From positions 123,055 to 187,054 of the forward strand of contig CBDCCZ010000061.1 of NCBI GenBank assembly GCA_965215005.1: a stretch of 64,000 bases of DNA, written 5' to 3'. Below the pieces are notes generated by a model, which saw only the letters and a list, made by a program, of their open reading frames with translations, had not been told where the DNA came from and searched no databases. Made by a program: the position numbers and the translations under genes. Shown here piece by piece: positions 55,922-64,000 of the stretch. The stretch's first letter is position 1. The number at the start of each line of letters is the position of its first letter. This DNA is from Kofleriaceae bacterium. Lineage in GTDB: Bacteria; Myxococcota_A; Polyangia; Haliangiales; Haliangiaceae.

Positions 55922-57261
55922 AGCGGTCAACCGCAGAGCTGGTCGATCCTGCGCTGCGCCACGCGCTGGTCGTGGCCCTCCACGAGCAACTCGGGCTCAG
56001 CCCGGCGACGTGCGAGATGCGCGCCACCGACGCGGCGCTGCGCCGCCTCGCTACCTTGCTATGTGGCGGCAACCTCGCGGCGCTGCTCGAGCGCACCCGC
56101 GCCGGCGATGCGGTGGCCCTGGCCGCCTTCGCCGATGAGCTCACGGTGGCTGAAAGCTACTTCTTTCGCCATCCGCCTCACTTCGACGCTTTGCGACAGC
56201 TGCTCTCAAACGCGCGCGCCGAGGGACGCCGCGTACGCTTGTGGTCGGCCGGATGCGCGGGCGGCGAAGAAGCGTATTCGATGGCGATCAGCGCGTGCGA
56301 GGTGTTTGGCAACGCCGCCGCCGTCGAGGTCGTTGCCACCGATCTATCGCCGGCGAGCCTAACCCGCGCCCGCGCCGGCGTGTATCGACCGTGGGCGCTG
56401 CGAGGCACAGACGAGGCGTTTCGCCAGCGGTGGTTTCGTCCTACGCAGAGCGGCTTGATGATCTGCGATGAGGTGCGCGCGCTGGTGACGTTTGCCGTCG
56501 GCAACCTCTTGCGCGCCAACGAGGCTCCGCCTGCGATCGACATCGCGTTCTGCCGCAACGTGCTCATCTACTTCGATGACCACGGCATCGCGGCGATTGG
56601 TGACTCACTTGCCACCGCGCTCGAGCCAGGCGGCTGGCTCGTGCTCGGTCCTGCCGACCCGCTGCTGCGTCGCGCGGAGCTCGCCGTCGACAGCACCTAT
56701 GGCTTTATCGGCTATCGCCGTCGCAATGCCGCGGCTATCGCGCCGCAGCGCGAGCGACCGCGCCGCCCTGCCGTCAGCCGTCCGCGGCAATCGCGTCGCC
56801 CTCGCACTCCGAGCGCAGCGTCGCCTCCTGCGGCACCACCCGAGCTCGACGCCACGCTCTTGGCCAGCGCTCGACGCGCAGCGGATCGCGGCGAGCTCGC
56901 CGAGGCGCGCGTGTTAGTGGACCGCGTGTTGGCCGCTGCACCCGTGCCAGCCGCGTACGTGTTGCGCGCCGAGCTCGCCAGTGCCGTTGGTGATTACGAA
57001 GCGGTCGAGCTCGATGCCCGGCGGGCGTTGCTGCTCGATCGCCAGCTGATCATCGCCCAGGTCCTACTCGCTACCGCCCACGCCAATCGCGGCAATCGCG
57101 CCGCTGCGGCCCGGGGGCTTGCGCTCGCGGTCGCCGAGCTCGCGGCGTTGCCGCCCGAGGCGCCGATTCGCGGTGCAACCGCCTGCGCCGCCGACGTCTT
57201 GAGCCATTGTCGGCAGCTGGCGCGTGCCCTCAGGCTCGGCAACGAGCGGGAGAGTTCATGA
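55918..57261 (+). CDS. cheR: CheR methyltransferase with C-terminal TPR (WspC-like)
   Basis: TVAESYFFRHP, WSAGCAGGEEAYS, ATDLS, FCRNVLIYF; TPR 'RRALLLDR'. Confidence 0.9.
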   Translation: MKRSTAELVDPALRHALVVALHEQLGLSPATCEMRATDAALRRLATLLCGGNLAALLERTRAGDAVALAAFADELTVAESYFFRHPPHFDALRQLLSNARAEGRRVRLWSAGCAGGEEAYSMAISACEVFGNAAAVEVVATDLSPASLTRARAGVYRPWALRGTDEAFRQRWFRPTQSGLMICDEVRALVTFAVGNLLRANEAPPAIDIAFCRNVLIYFDDHGIAAIGDSLATALEPGGWLVLGPADPLLRRAELAVDSTYGFIGYRRRNAAAIAPQRERPRRPAVSRPRQSRRPRTPSAASPPAAPPELDATLLASARRAADRGELAEARVLVDRVLAAAPVPAAYVLRAELASAVGDYEAVELDARRALLLDRQLIIAQVLLATAHANRGNRAAAARGLALAVAELAALPPEAPIRGATACAADVLSHCRQLARALRLGNERESS

Positions 57262-57803
57262 GCAGGCACCGCTGGACCGCGGAGGAGCAGGCGATTCTCA
57301 TGGCCCGCAGTCGTGCTCTTGCCACCGCGCCCGCGCCGCCGCAACGACGCGCTTCCATGGTCGTGGTGCGGGTGACCGTGAGCGGCGAGCGCTACGCCAT
57401 CGATGCGACCGCGGTGCGCCACGTAGGCGCGCTGCGGCGAATTACGCCGCTGCCATTTTCGCCCCCAGAGGTCGCAGGGCTCATCGCTCATCAAGGCCAG
57501 GTGTTGCCCGCGTTCCACCTGCGCGCGCTCCTAGACCTGCCGCTGTCGGCGCTTCCCGAGCACGGCCGCGCCGTCTTTGTCGGTCGCACCGGCCCGGAGC
57601 TCGCGCTGGTGGTCGACACCGTGACGGCAACCGAGCGCCTCGCGCTCGACGAGCTCACCCTGCCTCCGCAAGCGCTGAGCTCCCGCGCCCGCGAGCTCAT
57701 CGCCGGAATCGACCCCAGCGGCGTTGCGGTGCTCGGCGCCGAGGCGCTGCTGTCGAGCCCCCGACTCATCGTCGACATCGAACCCGCAGAGAGGCCTACG
57801 TGA
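57258..57803 (+). CDS. cheW: Second CheW-like protein (WspD-like)
   Basis: ILMARSRALA N-terminus, GERYAI, ITPLPFSPPEVAGL, LALVVD. Confidence 0.87.
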   Translation: MSRHRWTAEEQAILMARSRALATAPAPPQRRASMVVVRVTVSGERYAIDATAVRHVGALRRITPLPFSPPEVAGLIAHQGQVLPAFHLRALLDLPLSALPEHGRAVFVGRTGPELALVVDTVTATERLALDELTLPPQALSSRARELIAGIDPSGVAVLGAEALLSSPRLIVDIEPAERPT

Positions 57804-59656
57804 CGGTTAGCAACAAGCTCTACACTGGCTTTGCCGTGGTCATCGCACTCATTCTGGCGATGACGCTCGCGCAAGTGCGGCAAGCGCGGCTCATCGACGC
57901 CGAGCTCGACCGGCTGTACGAACGCGGCGTGGTTGGCGCGGAAGCGCTCGGAGAAGCCACCGAGAAGCTGCAATCGATCCGCGCGCTGACGTTCCACCAC
58001 GTTGCCACGCGCGATAGCGATGTCGAGACCCGCCTCGAGCTGCAGATCGAAACCGAAGAAAAAGAGCTGCTCGAGGCGCTCGACCGCGTCGACGCGGTCT
58101 TGCCCGTAGAAGATGGCCGCCGCGGCAAGCTGCAGCGCATTCGCGAGGATTATCAGCAGCTCGCCCAGCGACGCGGCGAGGAGGTGCTATCGGTAAGTCG
58201 TACCCGCAGCGCGACGCCGCCGATCGCGCCCACACAAGCGGAGGAAGACTCCACTGCCGCCGCGTTGCGGGCGATGGAAGAGCGCACGGGACCGCTGATG
58301 CAGCAGGTTGGCGCGAGCCTCGAAGAGCTGATCAAGGCCCACGTCGGCTTCAATCGCAAGACCTACGAAGATGCGCGGGAAGCGCTGGCGCAGTCCACGG
58401 CGGTGGTCGTGCTCGGCAGCATCTTGGCGACTGTCGTGGCATTGGTCGTGGCGCTGCTGCTATCGAGATCGATCTCCACCCGGCTTCGTCACCTCACCCG
58501 CACTGCCAAAGAGATCTCCGCCGGCGAGCTCACGCTGCGCGCCGCTGCCGCCGGCGAAGACGACATCGCCCATCTCGCGCGAGCCTTCAACGACATGACG
58601 GGAGAGCTGGCACGACGCGTCGAGGAGCAGCATGCGCAAGCCGCTGAGCAGGAGAGCGAACGGCAGAAGCTCGCAACAGCGGTGGCAAGCTACGCCAGCA
58701 TCGTCGAGCGGGTGGCCCGCGGCGATCTCACCGCCCAAGTCACCGTGGTCGGCGACGCCGGCATGGCCAACTTAGGGACCAACCTCGACGTCATGGTCAA
58801 AGCCCTGCGGACGATGACGCTTCGCACGCACGAGGCGGTCGGCGCTCTCACCACCGCCACCGCCGAGATCCTCACCACGGTGCAGGAGCATGCCACCAGC
58901 GCCAACGAGTCGGCGTCTGCGGTGGCCGAGACCGTCGCGACCGTCGATGAGGTCACTCAGTCCGCGCGTCGGGTCGCTGACGAAGCCGGTAGCGTGGTGG
59001 AGGGCGCGCGCCAGACACTCGAGGAGTCGAGTGTCGGCCGGCAAGCGGTCGACCGCAGCGTCGACGCGATGAACGACGTGCGCCGCCAGATGGACTCGAT
59101 CGGCGAGCGCATCTTGGCGCTCTCGGAGCAAACCCAGGCCGTCGGGCAGATCATCACCACGGTCAACGAGCTGGCTGAACAGTCCAACATGCTGGCTCTC
59201 AACGCATCGATCGAGGCCGCTCGCGCTGGCGAAGAGGGCCGCGGGTTCGCCATCGTCGCTCAAGAAATTCGCTCGCTGGCGGATCAATCCAAAGACGCAA
59301 CCGCGCAGGTGCGCCGGATTCTCGGCGAGATTCAGCGCTCGACCGGAGAGGCGGTGCTGGTGACCGAGCAAGGCGCCAAAGCGGTGCGCGGCGCCGTGGA
59401 TGCGGTAACCGACGTCGGCGAGAAGATCACCATTCTGAGCGATACGCTTGCCGAGTCGGCGGACGCGGCGGAGCACATTCTCACGGCCTCCGAGCAGCAG
59501 GTGCTGGGAGTGGGGCAAATCTCGCAAGCGATGCAGTCCATCAATGAAGCATCGCGGCAAACCGTGGACGGCACCCGGCAGATCGATGGCGCCGCGCGCG
59601 ACTTGAGCCGGCTGAGCGGCGATTTGCGCGACGCCGCGGCGCAGTACCGCACGTGA
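57800..59656 (+). CDS. Methyl-accepting chemotaxis protein (four-helix-bundle sensor, HAMP domains)
   Basis: Two TMs, HAMP 'DDIAHLARAFNDM', signalling hairpin LAEQSNMLALNASIEAARAGEEGRGFAIVAQEIRSLA. Confidence 0.95.
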   Translation: MTVSNKLYTGFAVVIALILAMTLAQVRQARLIDAELDRLYERGVVGAEALGEATEKLQSIRALTFHHVATRDSDVETRLELQIETEEKELLEALDRVDAVLPVEDGRRGKLQRIREDYQQLAQRRGEEVLSVSRTRSATPPIAPTQAEEDSTAAALRAMEERTGPLMQQVGASLEELIKAHVGFNRKTYEDAREALAQSTAVVVLGSILATVVALVVALLLSRSISTRLRHLTRTAKEISAGELTLRAAAAGEDDIAHLARAFNDMTGELARRVEEQHAQAAEQESERQKLATAVASYASIVERVARGDLTAQVTVVGDAGMANLGTNLDVMVKALRTMTLRTHEAVGALTTATAEILTTVQEHATSANESASAVAETVATVDEVTQSARRVADEAGSVVEGARQTLEESSVGRQAVDRSVDAMNDVRRQMDSIGERILALSEQTQAVGQIITTVNELAEQSNMLALNASIEAARAGEEGRGFAIVAQEIRSLADQSKDATAQVRRILGEIQRSTGEAVLVTEQGAKAVRGAVDAVTDVGEKITILSDTLAESADAAEHILTASEQQVLGVGQISQAMQSINEASRQTVDGTRQIDGAARDLSRLSGDLRDAAAQYRT

Positions 59657-59663
59657 GCGACTC

Positions 59664-61793
59664 ATGAATGAGGAGGCAGTTCTCGAGCGCCTGCGGGGCA
59701 TCTTTCGCGGCGAGCTCGTCGACCAGATCGCGGTCCTCGAGCGTGGTGGAGTGGTGCTGGAGCGCCGCGACTCGCCTCTCGAAGCGCGACGCCACGCGGT
59801 GCTCGAGATCTATCGCGCCGCCCACAGCTTGAAAGGTGCCGCGAGGGCCGTGGGCTTCGAAGACATCGAGCACCGCTGCCATGCCTTGGAGTCGACGCTC
59901 TCACCGCTGCGCGGCAGCAGTCTTAGCGATGGCGACGGCGAGCTCGACAACGCATTACACGAGCTGCGCGAGCTGATTTTCTGGCTCGAAGACTGGCAGC
60001 GCGAGCACTTCGCGGAGCCGGCGCAATCGCCGCCGCAACCGCAAGCCGCTGCTCCAGAGCCAACGACTCTGGCGCCGACTCCAGAGCCCCTCGATTCGAT
60101 TCGCGTTGCGCGGCGGCGCGTCGATGCTCTCATTCGCCACGGCGAAGGTCTGCTCGGCACCGTCGATCGCGCCGAGCGCGTCGATTTCGCCGTCTTGGCC
60201 GACTGTCTCGAAGAGCTCGGCCGCCGCCTCGCTCAGCTCGGCCGCACCAGTCGGGAGCTCGGCGACAGGCACAGTCGGGACAATGCTCTCGCGGCCGTCG
60301 AAGCCGCGCGCAACGCGGTGCAGACCGCCTCGCTTTGGTCCTTTAGCGCCCGCCAAAGCCAGGTCCGCGCGTGGCAGAGCACCCGCCAAAGTGCCCGCCG
60401 GCTTGCCGATGCCGCGCGCCAGCTCGGCCTGGTCGAGCTCCGCGTTCTCGAGCCACTTCTCGAACGCACCGCCATCGACACCGCGCGCACGCTCGGCAGG
60501 CGCGTGGTGTTCGAGCTCACCGGCGGCGGCGTAGAAATCGACCGGCACGTGCTCGAGCGCCTGCGCGACCCGCTAGTCCACTTGATCCGCAACGCCGTCG
60601 ATCACGGTTTCGAGCCGCCGCAGGAGCGCCGTGAACGCGGCAAGCGCCCGGAGGGCCAGCTGCGAGTGACCGCGACCTCTTCGGCCGCGGAGTTCTCCAT
60701 CCGAATCGCCGACGATGGCCGGGGCTTGGATCCCCAAGCGCTCCTCGCCGCCGCCGCCGCTCGCGGCCTCGAGGTTGCGGGCCGCAGCGGCAACGCCATC
60801 TTCGAGCTCGCGTTCGAGCCCGGCCTCACCACCCGCGATACGGTCAGCGAGACCAGCGGTCGCGGTATCGGGCTCGATGTCGTCAAGCAACACGTGAGCG
60901 AGCTCGGCGGCCGCATCACCGTCACCAGCACGGCTGGCGCTGGAACCGAGATCAGCATGTCGGTGCCGCTGAGCCTGCGCGCGCTGCGCATCCTGCCGGT
61001 AACCACCCGCGGCGCAAGCTTTGGGCTTCACGAAGCCGCGGTGGTGCGCGTGGTGCGGCTCGCAGAGGACGATATCGTCGCCGTCGAAGGCGCGGCCTAC
61101 ACGCACCTCGAAGGTGCGTTATTACCAATCGCCGATCTCGGTGATGCGCTCGAGCTGCCGCAGCGCCGCGCTAGCGAACGTATCGGCAAGCGAGTGTGCC
61201 TGCTGCTAGCCGCCGGCGATCGCCGCTTCGGCCTTCTGGTCGATGACGTTCGCCCGGTGCAGGATGCGGTCGTCCAGCGGCTCGGAGCGCGAATTCGCCG
61301 GGTGCCGCTCATCGCCAGCGTCACGGTGCTGGCCGGCGACCTCGTGGTTCCAGTGCTCGACAACGCTACGTTGCTCGCCGCGCTGCGCCCCGCCGCCACC
61401 GCGCGCGCCACCGCGCCTGCGCCGCGCCGACGCCGCGTGCTCGTGGCGGATGACTCGGTCACCACGCGCGAGCTGCTGCGCTCGATCTTGCAGCTCTCGG
61501 GGTTTGAAGTAGCGGTCGCCAGCGACGGCGCGCAGGCGTTGCGGTCGCTGGCAGCCGAGTCCTTCGATGGCGTCGTGAGCGACGTCGAGATGCCACACAT
61601 GGACGGATTTCAGCTGCTCGGCCGGCTGCGTTCCTCACCGCGCACCGCGAGACTACCGGTGGTGCTGGTGACGGCGCTATCGCGTGAAGAAGATCGCCGT
61701 CGGGCTGCCGAGCTCGGCGCAGATGCGTATATCGTCAAGAGTACCTTCGATCAGGAAACCCTGCTCGATCTGCTTCACGAGCTGATCCCATGA
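59664..61793 (+). CDS. cheA: Hybrid CheA kinase with receiver domain (WspE/FrzE-like)
   Basis: Hpt RAAHSLKGAAR, HLIRNAVDHG, DDGRG, SGRGIGLDVV, CheW domain, REC (VADDS, SDVEMP, YIVK). Confidence 0.95.
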   Translation: MNEEAVLERLRGIFRGELVDQIAVLERGGVVLERRDSPLEARRHAVLEIYRAAHSLKGAARAVGFEDIEHRCHALESTLSPLRGSSLSDGDGELDNALHELRELIFWLEDWQREHFAEPAQSPPQPQAAAPEPTTLAPTPEPLDSIRVARRRVDALIRHGEGLLGTVDRAERVDFAVLADCLEELGRRLAQLGRTSRELGDRHSRDNALAAVEAARNAVQTASLWSFSARQSQVRAWQSTRQSARRLADAARQLGLVELRVLEPLLERTAIDTARTLGRRVVFELTGGGVEIDRHVLERLRDPLVHLIRNAVDHGFEPPQERRERGKRPEGQLRVTATSSAAEFSIRIADDGRGLDPQALLAAAAARGLEVAGRSGNAIFELAFEPGLTTRDTVSETSGRGIGLDVVKQHVSELGGRITVTSTAGAGTEISMSVPLSLRALRILPVTTRGASFGLHEAAVVRVVRLAEDDIVAVEGAAYTHLEGALLPIADLGDALELPQRRASERIGKRVCLLLAAGDRRFGLLVDDVRPVQDAVVQRLGARIRRVPLIASVTVLAGDLVVPVLDNATLLAALRPAATARATAPAPRRRRVLVADDSVTTRELLRSILQLSGFEVAVASDGAQALRSLAAESFDGVVSDVEMPHMDGFQLLGRLRSSPRTARLPVVLVTALSREEDRRRAAELGADAYIVKSTFDQETLLDLLHELIP

Positions 61794-62827
61794 AAGACTC
61801 CCTCGACGTCGTCATCTTCAACGACTCGGTCACCATGCGCGCATCGCTGCGCGCAGTGCTCGAAAGCGCCGGCATGACCATCGTCGACGAGCGCGCCAGC
61901 GGCAGGGACGCGGCGGCCGTAGTCGAGGCTGGCAACCCCGACATCGTCATCATGGACGTCATCATGCCCGAGGTCGACGGCTACGAGGCAACGCGCGCGA
62001 TCATGGCCGAGTGCCCGCGGCCGATTTTGATGGTGAGCGCAGCGCTCGACCCGCGCGACAGCGAGGTCATCTTTCGCGCGCTCAGCGCCGGCGCCGTGCA
62101 CATGACCGAGCCACCGAGCCCCGGTCGCCACGACATCACCACCGCTGCATTCATTCACCTGGTGCGCACCGTCGCCGGTGCCGGTCGCACCCCTCCGGCG
62201 GCGTCAGGCCCCGCGCAGCCGGCGCTGCCCGCCAACAGCGCCAGCCCCTCCGCCGCCGAAGCGCTGCCGTTCGATGTGGTGGGCATCGCGGCCTCGGCCG
62301 GCGGTCCCGCTGCACTGCTGCACCTCCTTGGGGGCCTTCGCGCTACGGTGATGCCGCCGATGCTCATCGTTCAGCACCTGGCCCGCGGTTTCGCTGCGAC
62401 CTACGGCACGTGGCTCGCCGATGCGACCGGCTATCCGGTGCGTGTTGCTGAGACCGGCATCGTCGCCGAGCCTGGAGTTGCGTACATGCCGCCCGAGGAC
62501 CGTCACCTCGGCATCGACCGCCAGCGTCGGTTGATCGTGAGCGCCGAGCCTGCCATCGGGCGATTTCGGCCGTCGGCCACCTACTTGTTGCGCAGCGTGG
62601 CTTTGCTGGGAAGCCGCGCCATCGGCGTGGTGCTGTCAGGCATGGGCGACGACGGTGCCGAAGGAGCCGCAGCGCTTGCGAGTGCTGGCGGGATTGTGAT
62701 TGCGCAGGATCGCGACAGCTCGGCGGTCTGGGGGATGCCTCAGGCAGCGGTGAACCGCGGTGCCGTTACCGAGCAGGTCGGCATCACCGAGATGGCCACC
62801 TGGCTGCGGAAAAGGATGATTTCATGA
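61790..62827 (+). CDS. cheB: CheB methylesterase with N-terminal REC domain
   Basis: MDVIMP; ASAGG, VQHL, RPS, LSGMGDDGA, VWGMP. Confidence 0.92.
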   Translation: MKDSLDVVIFNDSVTMRASLRAVLESAGMTIVDERASGRDAAAVVEAGNPDIVIMDVIMPEVDGYEATRAIMAECPRPILMVSAALDPRDSEVIFRALSAGAVHMTEPPSPGRHDITTAAFIHLVRTVAGAGRTPPAASGPAQPALPANSASPSAAEALPFDVVGIAASAGGPAALLHLLGGLRATVMPPMLIVQHLARGFAATYGTWLADATGYPVRVAETGIVAEPGVAYMPPEDRHLGIDRQRRLIVSAEPAIGRFRPSATYLLRSVALLGSRAIGVVLSGMGDDGAEGAAALASAGGIVIAQDRDSSAVWGMPQAAVNRGAVTEQVGITEMATWLRKRMIS

Positions 62828-64000
62828 GGTTGGTCGTCATCGAAGATAGTGCCACGCAGGCCGAAAGGATCCGGGTGGTCTTAGCCGCCAGCGGCCACGA
62901 CGTGGCGGTAGCGCGCGATGGCGCCGAGGGCCTGGAGCTCTGCTACCAGCTCGATCCGCCACCCGATGCAGTGCTCACCGATGTCGTCATGCCCAACATC
63001 GATGGCTTCGAGGTGTGCCGGCGACTGCGTGCCGATGCGCGGCTCAGCAAGGTACCCATCATGTTTCTCACCTCGCTGGCCGACCCCAAGGATGTTCTCG
63101 AAGCCATCGCCGCCGGCGGCGACAACTTCGTCACCAAGCCCGTCGATCCCGCGGTTCTCGAGGCGCGCCTGCAGCGCATGGTCCATCATCGCGATCCCAC
63201 CGACGCTCGGGTCGAGCTCGACGGCAAGACCTACGACCTCGGTGCATCGCCGGCCCAGCTCGTCGACATCCTGGTGTCATGTCTAACCGATGCCGCCGCC
63301 CGCTATCACGAGCTCGAGCGCAAACGCGAAGAGATGGCCCGCGACAACGCCGCCCGTGAGGAGATGATGCGGGTGGTTGCTCACGAGCTGCGCAATCCGC
63401 TCCAGAGCCTGTCGCTGATGGCCGACTTGTTGCGGCAGAGCGAGCTCGGTCCCGACATCGTCACCATTCCCGATCGCCTCGACCGGCAGTCCAAGCGAAT
63501 GGTGCGCATCATCGACGATCTCAGCGACGTCTCGAAGATCGAGATCGGCTCACTGCGGGTAACGCGGCGCGCAGGCGAGCTTGGTAGCCTGGTGCGCGAA
63601 GCGGTCGAGCGCGCCATCGACACCTATCCCAGCCACCGCTTCGAGCTCGAGTTGAAGAGTGAGTTTGCAGCTCGATTTGACGGTGGCCGTATCGAGCAGG
63701 TGCTGGGCAACTTCCTCTCCAACGCGGTCAAGTACTCGCCGGAGGGCAGCCTGGTGCGCGCTCAAGTGGTGGCTCAGGATGGGGCGGCGCGGGTGTTGGT
63801 GAGCGATGAAGGCATCGGCATCGCCGAGGATGACCGCGATCGGGTGTTTGATCGCTACTTCCCGCGCCCGCAAGGGCGAGCGCCGCGCCGATGGCGTTGG
63901 GCTCGGGTTGTTCATCTGCAAACACTTGATAGAGGCCCACGGAGGCCGGGTGGGCGTCATTAGCACGCCCGGCGCAGGCAGCACGTTCTGGTTCGAGCTG
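62824..64000 (+). CDS. Hybrid REC-histidine kinase; apparent +1 frameshift at 63861-63863; runs off the window end
   Basis: REC (IEDS, TDVVMP, FVTKP), [24 protein letters not shown]; the G2 box [18 protein letters not shown]...GSTFWFEL lies in the +1 frame. Confidence 0.88.

Noticed and set aside
57224..57800. 810-aa MCP with an N-terminal extension
   Set aside because: The extension overlaps the second cheW in another frame; the GTG at 57800 directly precedes TM1.

Overview
GC-rich bacterial chromosomal DNA, most likely myxobacterial (two C-terminal MYXO-CTERM-like sorting signals, a 'D-x-KADG' lipoprotein linker, a myxobacterial-type vWA lipoprotein). No rRNA, tRNA or CRISPR array was recognised. 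From left to right: (1) an RhlE-type DEAD-box helicase with an octapeptide-repeat tail, followed by a 17-bp tandem repeat, and a surface TIMP-like protein; (2) an AT-richer accessory patch (~3.4-10.4 kb) holding a complete IS66 and an ISKra4/ISLre2-like IS, the latter splitting a large secreted CBM/beta-helix gene; (3) housekeeping and envelope genes (rnd, acnA, RND pump, pectate lyase, GT4 plus debranching enzyme, pckA, EamA, RCK channel, deacetylase, TPMT, crotonase, peroxiredoxin); (4) an nfeD-flotillin-flotillin operon with a sigma-54 promoter and a divergent enhancer-binding protein; (5) the most notable block, a translationally coupled operon next to an RpiR regulator (OB-fold lipoprotein, M20 peptidase, TonB-dependent-like receptor, cyanophycinase lipoprotein, OPT transporter) that reads like a PUL-style cyanophycin/isoaspartyl-peptide scavenging system; (6) a Wsp/ACF-type chemosensory operon that runs off the window end. 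All product calls come from reading motifs by eye; no database searches were run.
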